DNA of 64,000 nt from Octopus sinensis (taxonomy: Eukaryota), in NCBI RefSeq assembly GCF_006345805.1, contig NC_043008.1, positions 60,140,001-60,204,000 on the forward strand. The letters run 5' to 3'. Positions 1 to 13,511 of the stretch are shown here, piece after piece. Both the position numbers and the translations under genes were made by a program. The notes under the pieces are model-generated. The model worked only from the letters and a program-made list of their open reading frames with translations. It searched no databases and was not told where the DNA came from. Numbering within the stretch: position 1 is the stretch's first letter; each line of letters opens with the position of its first letter.

Positions 1-120
1 CGATAGAATAAGTACTGGGCTTACAAAAGAATAAGTCCTGGGGTCGATTTGCTCGACTAAAGGTGGTGCTCCAGCATGGCCGCAGTCAAATGACTGAAAC
101 AATTAAAAGAGTAAAAGAGT
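1..120 (+). mobile_element. SINE family A, 3' half (cut by window edge)
   Basis: gatagaataagtactgggcttac...gctccagcatggccgcagtcaaatgactgaaac followed by (taaaagag)n; same 3' half as the copies at 1189, 40361 and 59536. Confidence 0.85.
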
Positions 121-367
121 AATATATACATACACACACGCCATTAGTGTTTGTATATACTAATGTCAAACATTGTCGTACTAAAGTCAAAACGACACCT
201 CAGTACTTAGACGTAATTCTTTACTCCGGCTATTCAATTAATGGTACTCCAAATGAATACAAGTATAAGTAGCAATGTTGTTATAATTGAATGTAATCTT
301 TGGATGGTTTTTCTCTAGCGATGCCGCTACTCAGTGACTGAAACTACTTAAGGAATAATAAAAAATA

Positions 368-399
368 ATGATGATGATGATGAGGATGATGATAATAAC

Positions 400-430
<31 letters not shown>

Positions 431-432
431 GC

Positions 433-517
<85 letters not shown>

Positions 518-595
518 GTAATAATAATAATAATGATAATAATAATAATAATAATAACAACAGCAATAATAATAATAATAATGATAACAACAATA
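368..595. repeat. Compound trinucleotide microsatellite (ATG)/(ACC)/(AAC)/(AAT)n
   Basis: Direct reading; accounts for ORFs 344-643. Confidence 0.95.
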
Positions 596-1188
596 CATTT
601 TTGTCTGTTTCATGCTATTCTTGGCACCGGTAATTCATTTTAAGAGAAACTTCTGACTTCTGCTGGACTTATTCTATTACAGAAAGCATGAAGTTTTGGC
701 TGCCTTTCTATTCAATTAACCAAATAACACCATTTTAAAACATCTAAATACCACAAATTCATTTATCTGTATTTCTGGGTTTTTTTTTTGTCATATATAA
801 GATATAAAAAATAGAAGAGAAAGTAGTATTACTAAAATGAGGAAACTAACAGGCGTAATGTATTTACTATGACATTCTGCCCTGTCAGCCGCCATTTCGT
901 AATCAACTATTTTAGATTATTAATAGTTAAAAGTTACGACAGCCGAATGGATTAGTTAGCTGACATCTGCATTGTGTTTTCCCCTCACTTTCCACGGACA
1001 TCATGAAATAGGAAAACGGAATATTTTGTTATATTTTGATATTTGTTTTCTAGTTCCAGTTATTAAAAAACGGTAATGCTCGTTCATCCCCTTGAGTGAC
1101 ATTAGTAAATTATAACAGCCACACTGCTTCTGCTTAGTTTCAATATTCATTTTTTGAATTTCATATGGAATTTCAGCTAAAGTTTATA

Positions 1189-1349
1189 GGCGCAGGAGTG
1201 GCTGTGTGGTAAGTAGCTTGCTAACCAACCACATGGTTCCGGGTTCAGTCCCACTGCGTGGCATCTTGGGCAAGTGTCTTCTGCTATAGCCCCGGGCCTT
1301 GTGTGTGGATTTGGTAGACGGAAACTGAAAGAAGCCTGTCGTATATATG

Positions 1350-1386
<37 letters not shown>

Positions 1387-1598
1387 TGTGTGTGTTTGTG
1401 TGTCTGTGTTTGTCCCCCTAGCATTGCTTGACAACCGATGCTGGTGTGTTTACGTCCCCGTCACTTAGCGGTTTGGCAAAAGAGACCGATAGAATAAGTA
1501 CTGGACTTACAAAGAATAAGTCCCGGGGTCGATTTGCTCGACTAAAGGCGGTGCTCCAGCATGGCCGCAGTCAAATTACTGAAGCAAGTAAAAGAGTA
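1189..1598 (+). mobile_element. SINE family A, full length
   Basis: tRNA-like head (A-box-like tggctgtgtgg, B-box ggttcagtcc), CORE-like cttgggcaag, internal (TA)n(TG)n, conserved 3' half, taaaagagta tail; about 9 copies in the window. Confidence 0.9.
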
Positions 1599-1824
1599 TA
1601 TGTTTAGTTATATGCAAAGTGGCAAATTGGTTGAACTGTTAATATATTGTATAGAACGGCAGGCAATATTTTCCATGGCTTGATTCAAAATTCACCAAAA
1701 TGTCTTGGTTTAATTCATTGGGGCAAAAATCCTTTAACGTAGTACTGTAGAGTAGTATCACAGGTGTCATAGTGTGTCTGTGTCATAGGGATTGAAGGGT
1801 AGTTTGAGCGAATTATTAGTTTGA

Positions 1825-2025
1825 AATCTTGGCACAAGGCAGTAATTTTGTGGACGGCTGGGGTGAAGATTAGTCGAATAAATCGATCCATTGTTCAGCT
1901 GGTATTTATTTAATCGACGTCGAACAGATGAAACGCAAAGTTGGCCTCGGAGGAACTTGAACTCAGAGTGCAAAGACGGACGAAATACCGTTGCTTACGT
2001 GCTAACGATTCTGCCAGTTCACCGA
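1825..2025 (-). mobile_element. SINE family B, diverged short-tail copy
   Basis: Reverse complement matches ctggcagaatcgttagcacg...gagttcaagttcc...aactttgcgtttcatc of the family-B consensus. Confidence 0.75.
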
Positions 2026-3130
2026 CTTAATTGGATTCAATCGTCGATAGTTAGTTGCATGATTTGCCAAACAACCTACGGAGCCCAATAAACAAGATTG
2101 TACAAACTTCATCCTCGGGTGGGAAAGCCATTGAATTAATCTGTCAGTCCAAGGCAGTGGATTGGAAGAATTGTTACAGCATTGAGTGGGATATTTTGTG
2201 TGATCGATTTAATTCAATCAATTCTGACATCAAATCGTGCGGCCACATGCAATATTGATACTTGTAGTATCTTAAAAAATCAAAACCAAAAGAAAACATG
2301 GCATGGCGAGAGGAGACATGCTACCAATAGAAACTTCTGCGTTTTAACTTTAAAAAAGCAAAAACTTCCTAAGTGTGCACCGTGGGCTGGAAGTCTCAAG
2401 GTAGGTATCCAGGCTCCATTAAACATAAATCTAGGAATGAATTATATGTTGAATGTTAAGTATTTATCTGTCATCCTGTACACTATAAAAAACTCACCTT
2501 CAAATGAATCTACTTAGATACTTTGAAGTGTTCAGGGTGAACCAAAGAAAAACGACCACTTTTGTCGTTTCGATCCATATTTACTAGGGAAGTTAGGCAG
2601 GTGGTAAGTATGTCTTCGTGTAGTTAGTGTTTGGGCATTTTATTTTCTAGTTGCCATCATAGTTTGTATCGGTGCACACCGTTCTTTTACTGTTGAAACG
2701 TATGTCAGCCCTTCAAATGTAGGATGTTTTTGCCGAACCCTGTATATTTAATACCCATCCTGCTAAGGACAAATCTAAAATATTTCACACGTGTTAGTTA
2801 AAGGGGCAAGAAATCCCAAAGTTATATTGACTTCATTGCAGCATTTATTCTTCTATACTGGAATACTAATGATAAAATGCGTGTTAAGTAAAGCTTCCCA
2901 TCAAAATAATAAATATTTATTATTTATAATGCATGTTTAAACCTTCCCGCTCTATATATGACTTCAGACTACGAATTCTAAGAAAATGACTACTATTGAA
3001 GGTGTAAGTATTAAAAGGTGTTAGATGGGATATTTATTGATTTCAATCCGCTATAAAATGGAAATATTTTAAGGTAGTTAATTGTAAATTTCAATTTACA
3101 GAACTCTATTACTATTGCTATGATGATGTT

Positions 3131-3358
3131 AATAATAATAATAATAATAATCAAGGTAATAATAATAATAATAATAATAATAATGATAATAATAATAATA
3201 ATAATAAATTATTATTATTATCATAGTTATTATCTTCCTCCTGCTCCTCCTCCTCCTCCTCCTCATTATTATTATTATTATTATCATTGAGTGAGAGAGC
3301 AGTGCATGCCATCAAAGTGACACTGGGGTAAAATGTGCGAAGACCATTATTATTATTA

Positions 3359-3400
<42 letters not shown>
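3131..3400. repeat. (AAT)n/(ATT)n/(CCT)n microsatellite containing a ~50-bp non-repetitive insert (3288-3335), probably a truncated retroelement 3' end on the minus strand
   Basis: Microsatellite read directly. On the minus strand the insert ends ...gcactgctctctcactc followed by an (AAT)n-like run, typical of a LINE/SINE tail (inference). Confidence 0.6.
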
Positions 3401-3401
<1 letters not shown>

Positions 3402-3834
3402 ATCTAACGTAACATTAATTGGGAAGGTATCATTCAAAAATTCTATCTTCAGGTTGTTCTGGTAGAACTAAACTCTCCTGAATCTTCACACGTCAATAAT
3501 ACAATCATGCAGTGGGAATTTTAATTACAGCTGTAAACTGTAATATATGTTGTAATTATGATATACCAACCCCAGACCACGTGACAGTTAGGTTCGATTT
3601 GTTGTTACATAGTTGGTGAAAGAGTTTTGCCCCGCATACTCAGAGTGGAAAGCACAATACCTTTACGTCCAGTCTGAAATTCTCCAGATTGAATATGCAG
3701 AAGGCTGTAGTTCTAAAGGAACAAGCAATGAGTGTACCGTTTAGTGTGGAGTTCATTGGGGTATAACCAATAATGGAAGATGTTGGAAGATGTAGCTTGT
3801 TAAGTATTGCGTTGTCCGGAAAGTTCGTGCCGAT

Positions 3835-4177
3835 CTAAAGTGGAAGCACTCCGTCGGTTACGACGATGAGGGTTCCGGTTGATCCGAATCAACGGAACAG
3901 CCTGCTCGTGAAACTAACGTGTAAGTGGCTGAGCACTCTACAGACACGTGTACCCTTAACGTAGTTCTCGGGGATATTCAGCGTGACACAGAGAGTGACA
4001 AGGCCGGCCCTTTGAAATACAGGTACAACAGAAACAGGAAGTAAGAGTGAGAGAAAGTTGTGGTGAAAGAGTACAGCAGGGATCACCACCATCCCCTGCC
4101 GGAGCCTCGTGGAACTTTAGGTGTTTTCGCTCAATAAACACTCACAACGCCCGGTCTGGGAATCGAAACCGCGATCC
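3835..4177 (-). mobile_element. SINE family C, 5'-truncated, nested in the mariner 5' UTR
   Basis: Reverse complement starts at the B-box (cggtttcgattcccagaccgggcgttgt) and shares ~125 bp with the copy at 55045. Confidence 0.8.
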
Positions 4178-4321
4178 TTACCATTCGACATATTTTAGAA
4201 AATGGTTGAGTCCATAAAATAGGATTTGACTATACCTCCATTTAGAGCACAGTTTAAGCTATCTTTTCGTGGAAGAAGGTTTATGTTCCTATAACCTGTG
4301 TTAATTCTGTAACCCTTTAAA

Positions 4322-4662
4322 ATGGAAGATAAGAAAGTTCATTTTCGGCACTTGATGCTTTTCTTTTTCCGTAAAGGGAAAAATGCCTCACAAGCAATCA
4401 AAGAAATATGCGCAGTTTACGGTGATGTTTCTTTATCCGAAAGAACTGTACGGAAGTGGTTCGCAAGGTTCCAAGTTGAAGATTGTAGCCTTATTGATAA
4501 AGAGCGATTAGGCAGACCATCCACTACAGATGATGACCAAATCAAGTCATTAATTGAGAATAACCTACATTGCACAACCCGAGAATTGGCAGAAAGCCTC
4601 AACCTATCAAAATCCGTCGTTCATGAGCACCTGGTAAACCTTGGGTACAAAAATCGACACGA
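4322..4662 (+). pseudogene. Truncated mariner transposase (DNA-binding domain only)
   Basis: About 113 transposase-like codons, then unrelated sequence to the stop at 4747. Confidence 0.85.
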
Positions 4663-6149
4663 ACTTTCAGGACAACCCAGTAGTATTCTGGTTCAGCGGA
4701 GTAGAAGCTGCTGTAGTTACGGTAGACTAGATACAGAAACGACATAGCTTATCCATGGGACAGTGGACACAGGTTCAATGTTGATGAATCTATGTTAGTT
4801 AGCTGGATGACTTGCCAAACAAACAATGAGAACAATAAGCAAGATCATATCAATTAGTTTGATGCTGCTAATCAAACGGGTTCTTTTTGCTTTATAAGTA
4901 TGTCATAGAAAACTTTATCACCGAGAGCCAGGACAGAGAAATCAACCAGATGCAACTCCTTAAGTCAGTTCTTTAAGTTCTAATCTCGTGATAATTCGAA
5001 CTGTAATTTCATTGAAGTCTTCCAGTAGAATACCTCCTAAGCTGATGTGGGCATTGCGTAAAAGATTTTTTACAAAATTTATCACCAGTAAAATAGGAAT
5101 CTAAACTCTATTGAGGTGAGGTATAGTTCGTTACTTTCCAATAACCGTATTAATTAATTATGGCCACGAAAAATTTCCAATCAAGTGTAGCAATGAAAAA
5201 CACTCTAATTGATTTCAAAACGACTATGATTGCGTAGTCGCAGAAGAGGACAACATTGATATAAATTATTCGCTATGAAACATTAGCTATGAAATATAAG
5301 CTCTGAACAATTCGGTGCATTAATTTTTAATTAATTATAAAATCACAGATTAATTCTAAGTCAGTTGTCATCACATTATGTTGCCAAGTATTGAGTCAAT
5401 GTTTGAAATATCCGAATTAAATATTAAAACATTTTGATTTGTTGCAGTTTAATATAATACTACACACATCTAATTATAAAGTTTAATGTAGCATAGTAAG
5501 CAGAATGCGACCGTGAGATTGCAGAAACGCCTGAGCAGCGGAAATTAGGGCATTTTATAATGCTTAGTTTGGTTATTATTTCGCGGATATAATACAAACT
5601 GGTGTATACTGGATTTATTCGTCAAGTATACCTAGGAATTTTGAAAACTATTGCATAGATAAAATAGCTTCTACAAAACCTCTACAAAATATAAGATTAA
5701 TAGAAAGTAGGAGTTGGGTAACGCTGGTACGTGAGCCATGTAATATTAATATATAAAACCATAAAATTGAAGTAGAACGCAGCAAATATATATGTTACCT
5801 TCTTTGAGCTGCGTTTCATAAAAAGTGTAAGATCCATATTAAAATCTGATATATTATTGCAATCTTTTTATATAACTTAGCCATGAATTCAATGCCTTTC
5901 TTTTATGCAGGAAATGCCACTAGTATTCTGTACATATTCTTATTACACAGTCAATGCACAACGTTAATACAAAATATCTAATGGAAACATTTAGAAATAA
6001 CTAAATCAATAGTTTGTTTATACAAGAGAAAAGAGGTGAGATAATAACAAGTAAAGGTAAATAAAGAAAACCTCGTACAAAGTATCGCAGAGGTAGTTAT
6101 CCTATAGAAACTAATTTAGTTTCATACAGAAATGATAATTCGGGTTAAC

Positions 6150-6310
6150 TTCCGTGCAAAACCACCATTTTATGGGGGAAGGTTTTTGGCAGTTTCTGTT
6201 GACCTCCGTACTTGACTGGTTATTTATATTAGAGATACTAGAGGGATGAAAGTGAAAGTTAACAAAGGATTGATTTCGGGCCAGCAGCAGAAAGGCGTAC
6301 CTAAACACCT
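6150..6310 (-). mobile_element. SINE family B, highly decayed
   Basis: gactggttatttatattaga...gggatgaaagtgaaagttaac resembles the reverse complement of the B core. Confidence 0.45.
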
Positions 6311-6628
6311 TTTGTTCGTTGCTCTGTTGATTCTATCAATTTAGTGACTTCTACTGGAATATGAGTTTGAAAATTTTATGGAAATTTACCTTCCTACCTA
6401 AATAGGCTAGCGTAGATCTAGGCAAGAATTCATGAATGTATCTAAATTTCACAGCGGGAATACCTGTATTTTTCATTTCACATCACTGTTGAAACCATTT
6501 ACTTCCCTCACAAAATAGTAATATCGAAAGAGAGAACATGCTATGTATATATATTTGAGGTGATTAAAGCTTTATAAAACTTTAGCTCAGGTCCTGCTTT
6601 TGACTAAATCCATGGCAGAAGTACAGAA

Positions 6629-7080
6629 GGCGGCGAGATGGCAGAAACGTTAGCGCGCCGGGCGAAATGCTTAGCGGCATTTCGTCCGTCTATACGTTTT
6701 GAGTTCAAAATCTGCCGAGATCGACTTTGCCTTTCATCCTTTCGGGGTCGATTAAATAAGTACCAGTTACGCACTGGGGTCAATATAATCGACTTAATCC
6801 GTTTGTCTGTCCTTGTGTGTCCCCTCTATGTTTAGCCCCTTGTGGGCAATAAAGAAATAAGAATGTTTAGCGCGCCGTGCGAAATGCGTAGCGGTATATC
6901 GTCTGCCGGTACGTTCTGAGTTCAAATTAAGCCGAGATCGACTTTGCCTTTCATCCTTTCGGGGTCGATAAATTAAGTACCAGTTACGCACTGGGGTCGA
7001 TGTAATCGACTCAATACCTATGCCTGTCCTTGTTTGTCCCCTCTATGTTTAGCCCCTTGTGGGCAATAAATAAATAAGAA
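6629..7080 (+). mobile_element. SINE family B, head-to-tail dimer (long tail)
   Basis: Two units of gagttcaaa...gactttgcctttcatcctttcggggtcgat...gccccttgtgggcaataaa; junction at 6859/6860. Confidence 0.9.
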
Positions 7081-7495
7081 GTACTAGACACACTGGCTGT
7101 ATTTTTATATACATTATCGCCCCCAGAAATTGGACTAGAAAATGATAGTTACTAATTATAATGAAACTAAGTTTTCCCTACTAATCATTAACATAAAATG
7201 GATGTCACCATGTGTGTACATCTAAATAGTACGCTAAAAGTGTGTGGTCGTATATTATATGAAAACAGGCGAGAGACAGGTAGAGAAAGTTTGAGGGAGA
7301 GTAGGGAGGAAGAACGAATAAAAATAAACTGAGAAAATAGGATGGTTGCAGATAAAGAAACAAAGAATCAGAGGAAAACGGAAACACAGAACAAAAGGGA
7401 GAAAAGAGTGATAGACAGTTCGATAGAGAGAAAGAGAGAAGTAGGGAGAGAAAAAGGTGAACGAACGGAAAATGCGGATAGATAGATAGATAGAT

Positions 7496-7528
<33 letters not shown>

Positions 7529-8593
7529 TAGTAAGAACTAGTGAGAGAGTAAAGAATGTGAATAAAAGAATGTAAAACAGAATGGAAAAGAAGAGGAAGA
7601 GAGATAGGCACGGAGAAATAAAACTAGAAAGAAAATAGTATTAAAAAAAGGATAAAGAAGGAAGGAAAGCAAAAATAAAATAAAATAAAATAATGAACGA
7701 AACTCAAATGAACAGCATTTGTAGACCAATATTCCTGTCTTTGAAACACTCTTATCAATGGCCGACATGAAACATGGCGGCTTGTACAATACAGAATGAT
7801 CATTTTGTGCCAATCAACATGATTGCAGCGAAGTCAAAGAAATGTCAGTCAATTAATCAGAATCGTTCTTGCTAGGATACATCACAGCATCGTTCCTTCG
7901 TTTATCGTTGCTTCTTTTGTTCTTTATGTTTTATTTCATTAAGCTAAGCTTTGATGCAGATTAGCTACTAATGAGATGAAAATTCAACCTTAAAACCATT
8001 TATACAGTATTTGTAATGCATTTGCTCTGATAAATGTTTCGGCTTAGTAGTAGAAATAAAATAGCGACGTCTGCTATTTTGGTCCTTACTTTCTTTGTTT
8101 CTTTTCCTGATTTGCTACTTTTTTTTTTCAGATCTCGGTATTGCTTTACTGACAATACAATACAACGTTATAAAATAAACAAGTGATAAGGGGATTTTAA
8201 AAAAGTATTATAAAAATAAAGTGAATTATGTCATTATCTACAATGAATCGTTTTGCATTTGGGAACATCATAATAGTAAAACAGAGTATTTATCTTTTCT
8301 CAGTTTATCAATTCTTAAATGACGTTATCATTGCAATGCTGTCATGTTTAGACCAAACTGGTGAAAAGAATGCAACGTCCTAAGAAAGTTTGAATCGTCG
8401 ACTATTCTAGTCGTGATCACCCATTGAGTTTAGTAATATGAAGGACCACATTACGTAATGTAGATAATTTTTTTTTCTTATGATGGTTGTACGTTATTTC
8501 ACAAAGACTTGGCAGTTATGTAAAGCAAGAGGAGTAACAGCAAAGAGTAGAAATCACCAGAAGAATGAAAGAAAACTGTAATATTGCCCAAAG

Positions 8594-8740
8594 GGTTTTG
8601 TTAGCACACCGGGAAAATTCCGCCGAGGTCGCCTTTGCCTTTCATCCTTTCAGGGTCGATGACACAAGTATCATTTCAGCTCTGGGGTCGATATAATCCA
8701 CTTGCCTCAACCCTCGAGATTACTGGCCTTAATTTGAAAT
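8594..8740 (+). mobile_element. SINE family B, internally deleted and diverged
   Basis: aaattccgccgaggtcgcctttgcctttcatcctttcagggtcgat core. Confidence 0.75.
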
Positions 8741-9084
8741 TAATTTATCTTGTCACTGTCAAACAATTTCTATGCTTGTAACTGTCAAACAGTTTGATGC
8801 AGTGATAAATATACCTGCGATACATTCATATTAGATTTTATCGTTTCTTCATCTGTTTCACTTCTCTGTGCTATAAAACACAGTGTTCAGTTCTTTGATA
8901 GTTTCACTTATAATATTTCGTCTATGAGATGTTACTAACCCACTGTTTTACCACTTCTTCATCTATGGAAAAATCGACGTTGTGGGTGTCTTCCACGTTT
9001 CTCTTGGTGTCGTGTAACCAAATCCGAGAGGAAGAATAAAAATGAACAGACTCAAATTATTTAGTGCTACTTCATTTTGCCTTT

Positions 9085-9210
9085 GACAACAGCAGGATAA
9101 AAGCAGAAAAAGTTGGCTCCGAGGGAATTTCAACTGACAGAACAGAGAGCAAACCGAAATAAATCTTGCGAGTTATTGCAAAAACTCTATCACGTTTTTA
9201 CCAATTCTGC
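9085..9210 (-). mobile_element. SINE family B, highly decayed
   Basis: ggataaaagcagaaaaagttggctccgagggaatttcaactg resembles the reverse complement of the B head and core. Confidence 0.4.
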
Positions 9211-9334
9211 TGCCTCAATAGCTTCAACTAAGAAACCTTCATTAAAATAAAGCTTCGTCTTTGCTAAAATGAAATACAAAATTCATTCTCCCGAAAGCCA
9301 GGCAACTAACTATACATTGGCTGCGTTACCTTTT

Positions 9335-9555
9335 TACTCTTTTACTCTTTTACTTGTTTCAGTAATTTGATTGTGGCCATGCTGGAGCACCGTCTTTAGT
9401 CGAGCAATTCGACCCCAGGACTTATTCTTTGGAAGCCTAGTACTTATTCTATCGGTTTCTTTTGCCGAACCGCTAAGTTACGGGGACGTAAACACACCAA
9501 CATCGGTTGGGGGACAAACACAGGAACACGCACACACAAACATACACAAGCACAC

Positions 9556-9612
<57 letters not shown>

Positions 9613-9770
9613 CGACGGGCTTCTTTCAGTTTCTGTCTACCAAATCCACTTACAAGGCTTTGGTCGGCCCGAGGTTATACTAGAAAACACTTGCCCAAGG
9701 TGCCACGCAATGAGAACGAACCCGGAACCATGTGGTTGGTAAGCAAGCTACTTACCACGCAGCGACTCCT
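9335..9770 (-). mobile_element. SINE family A, full length
   Basis: Reverse-complement match to 1189-1598, with internal (CA)n(TA)n. Confidence 0.9.
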
Positions 9771-11069
9771 AATTATTTTTTCAATAAATCTGAACATACC
9801 TTAACTTCAGAAAGATATATTCCACTATGTAGGAGTCTCCTCGATTAAAGAAATACTTACAAAAGAACGCTATACAGGAATATAACTTGAATGAAAACAT
9901 ATTCTCGACTCAAATTGAATTCCAGTTTTGCATCAATATCTTTAATATGGCATGCGGTTTCAAGTTACACCGTTCTAACTTTTAATTTCGAATGCCAGAA
10001 AAAATCTTCCTTTTCATTATTCTGTAGTGGACTGAATAAAGCACCGGTGAAATACTAAGGTTTATGTAACTTACTATGTCCCCCAAAATCAAATATAATG
10101 CTTTATTCTGTAATAAAAACACTAGAGCATGCGGCATTGCATTATTCAGCTGAAAATTAGGCTTTACATCTCTGTAATTAGATAAAAGTAATATCGGTAA
10201 AATACACATGTATAACTCGGAGTACCAGTGAAATATTTGTGTACAACTCGGAGTAGTTAATAGACAGAATAAATATTTTGAATGTCTATGAGGAAATTTC
10301 TAAAAATCTTTCCCTTTGACTTTATTCAAAATGCTTTCAGTTATCTTCAAACATCTGGTCTCAAAGTGTTGAAAAGAAAAAAAAAAAATATCGGATTTCT
10401 AAGTGGACAAAGACAAACATAAACAAGAAGACAAAATAATATCAAATCAAAGAAGCAAGTACGGACTGTTTGAAACGTCTTTACAAGTGTACAAACCATC
10501 TTCCAGGAAGATTTCAAATCTTAGGTCAATCAGTAATGTTCACGCGTGGATTCTGCACAATAGATTCATATCAGTGAAAAACGAAGAAAAATTGACACAA
10601 AATTTGTTTGATTCTAGCAATAGTAAATAGAATTATGAATAAAAAAAACCCAACTCCTCAGCGATATGACATATGAATTGTTTGCATTTGCAGCACTTAA
10701 GGCAAAAGCTGTTCCGTTTTAGATAAATATTTCTGATTATTGCTGTGCTTTTTTTTATTATTTTTTGTGCTTTGATTACTGATGTTTCTGAAAATCAAAC
10801 GCAGTCGTTGCTGTTGAAAGATCGTGAATATTATTACTGATCATGGCGAGAAATGACGTTTAACCGATGGAAACAACTGTGAATGTAATCGAACTGTACA
10901 CAAGCAGGCGTTCTACTCTACAAATAATTAACAGCTTTTGTAAAATAAGATAAGCTTGTATGGCGTGAAAAGAGATGAGCTTTGGTATTTCGAGTAAAAC
11001 CTTTCATTTTTTAAATTTTAATTTTTATTAACCGACGCAAGCAATCACCATTGTGAAGATGTAGGCGAA

Positions 11070-11785
11070 ATTGTTTGAGCATAAATAGATACCTTAAGAT
11101 ATTTGTTTCGTCATATATCCTGCGTTCAAATCATATTTAGGTTAACTTTGTTTTTTTTTCCTTCCCGGATGGATAAAATGATATTCCAGTCAAGTTCTAG
11201 GCGGTGAGCTGGCAAAAACGTTATCAAGCCGGGCGAAATGCTTAGCGGTATTTCGTCTGCCGTTACGTTCTGAGTTCAAATTCCGCCGAGGTCGACTTTG
11301 CCTTTCATCCTTTCGGAGTCGATAAATTTAGGACCAGTTACGCACTGGGGTCGATATAATCGACTTAATCCGTTTGTCTATCCTTGTTTTTCCCCTCTGT
11401 GTTTAGCCCCTTGTGGGTAGTAAAGAAATAGGTATTTCGTCTGCTGTTACGTTCTGAGTTCAAATTCCGCCGAGGTCGACTTTGTCTTTCCTCCTTTCGG
11501 GGTCGATAAATTAAGTACCAGTTACGCACTGGAATCGATGTAATGGACTTGATCCCCTTGTCTGTCCTTGTTTGTCCCCTCAGTGTTTAGCCCCTTGAGG
11601 ACAATAAAGAAATAAAAAGTTTGCATGCCGGGCAAAATGCATAGCAATATTTCATTTGTCTTTACGTTCTGAATTCAGATTCCGCTGACGTCGGCTTTGC
11701 CTTTCATCGTTGCGTACTGGGGTCTATCTAATCGATCAGCCCCCTCCCCCAAAATTTAGAGCCTTGTACCTAGAGTAGAAAAGAA
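11070..11785 (+). mobile_element. SINE family B trimer (11200-11785) preceded by an older decayed unit (11070-11195)
   Basis: Units at 11200-11430, 11431-11614 and 11615-11785; the last has the short tail cccctcccccaaaattt...gccttgtacctagagtagaa. The upstream tgcgttcaaatc...ggttaactttg...ggataaaatg is a decayed core. Confidence 0.85.
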
Positions 11786-13317
11786 AATAATATTCCTGTA
11801 AAGTTCTGGTAGTTGAATGGTCTTCTGCCCTTACGTGCAATAAGCTACTATAATACAGCCCAAATCCCTGCAATTCATCTGGCTAAATTTCGATGAAAAT
11901 GACTCCGGTAATTGTTACCTTTATACATTTAAATTGCTCCCCAGTACTCCGTCGACACATGAAGTGTTACAGCCGTTATACTGCATTGCTGTTACATCTA
12001 TATTATCTATCTGTAACATTCTCTATTACTCTCAACATATACATTTACGTAAACAGCGTATCATACTCTCACATTTGCACAACCTTTCTTCAGATTGTCT
12101 CTCTCACAACGGACGCTGCTAAATTTCCAAATAAAATAGATAGAAGAGACCATTACTCGTTTCCTCAGATTAAAGTATATCATCTATCCTCTAAATTAGA
12201 ATGCAATAAAATATTATGGTCATATTAATACGGAATATTTTACTAAATGATCTCATGACATGGGTTAAAAATATCGTTATCGTACCGTTCTCTGCGTATG
12301 ATAGTTAAGAGGATAAGGGGATATAAGATATGGTTTTAGGGTATTAATCAATTTCTTTCCCGCCTCAAACTTATAAAGATAAAGACAAAGAGTCTACACG
12401 GTCATCCGACTGGTTATAAATAATGACCAAATCCTCCACTATCCGAGTCCTACCATCTTCAGAAATATTGCAAAGACGCGTTAAATAATGTAAATTTAGC
12501 TATATCGTCTAAAAAAATGTACACGACCTGAATCTTGTTGGTTGTAGGCCTGCTTGTTCAGAGTTAACCTAGGGCTAAACAAAAGCAAGGACACCAAAAA
12601 ACAATGAAAAACGAACAGACGAATAGCATTCTATTATATATTGCACTGAAATATAAGAAGCTATGTATAGTCGTTCTAGAGTGACTGAGAGTTTAAGCAA
12701 GAGAAAGAACGGGGTAAAAAGAATTCATCCGGATAATAAGATATGAAATATATATAATTGGTATAATATAACAACGAATATAGGACAAAAAATTTGATTA
12801 CGAAGCGTCTGTTTCGGATCAGCAAGCTATTAAGCAATACGACGTTTACTTCAAGTATACACTAATCCTTTTTTTATATATAACACGAACGTTTGGGACA
12901 AGATTTAATGATCCATCCTACGTTGTTATATTTTACTTCTTCCTAAAATGAGCATTATTAATGGTAGATTTATATGGTCATTATCCAAAAAAAGTATACT
13001 ATTGTGAATTCAGGTAGTAAATATACCGATCAGCTGTTGTCAAAAATGGACGCTAGTCATAGAAGAGTGATTAGGCTTCATGGTGGAGGTAGAAATAAGA
13101 ATTTAATGTGTGTGTGTTTGAGTGTTTGTAAGATTTATTCAGTTTAAATGACACCTATACAGTATTTCATTTATGTTTTTGTAAATTATGGAGTCTGATG
13201 ATTGCTAAATGAGGCGGTTAGTAGTGTAACGTACAGAAGGTTACCAGAATAAAACATTTTCATAATATTAAGGGAATAATATGTAAAAAAAAATGAGAGA
13301 GGAAAGAGTGTAAGTGA

Positions 13318-13458
13318 TAGATAGATAAATAGCTAGATAAACATATAAATTAATAAAGAGATAGAGATAGATAAATAAAGGTAGATAGACAGATAGATAT
13401 GTTTCTTTATTAGCCACACAGGGCTGCACACAGACGGGACACATTACAAGGTAGAGCT

Positions 13459-13511
<53 letters not shown>

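Larger units (their letters stand above)
3805..4662 (+). mobile_element. Mariner DNA transposon, 5' fragment (left TIR plus N-terminal HTH of the transposase), interrupted by a SINE
   Basis: TIR-like tattgcgttgtccggaaagttcgtgccgat at 3805-3834. ORF from 4322 reads MEDKKVHFRHLMLFFFRKGKNASQAIKEICAVYGD...ERTVRKWFARF...GRPS...TTRELAESLNLSKSVVHEHL, a Hsmar1/SETMAR-type HTH. Homology stops just before the WVPHEL linker and there is no DD34D domain. Confidence 0.9.

Noticed and set aside
2182-2609. Exons ending at donors AAG|GTAGGT (2401) and GTG|GTAAGT (2604)
   Set aside because: Donors are good but acceptors are poor, and the peptides are unrecognisable
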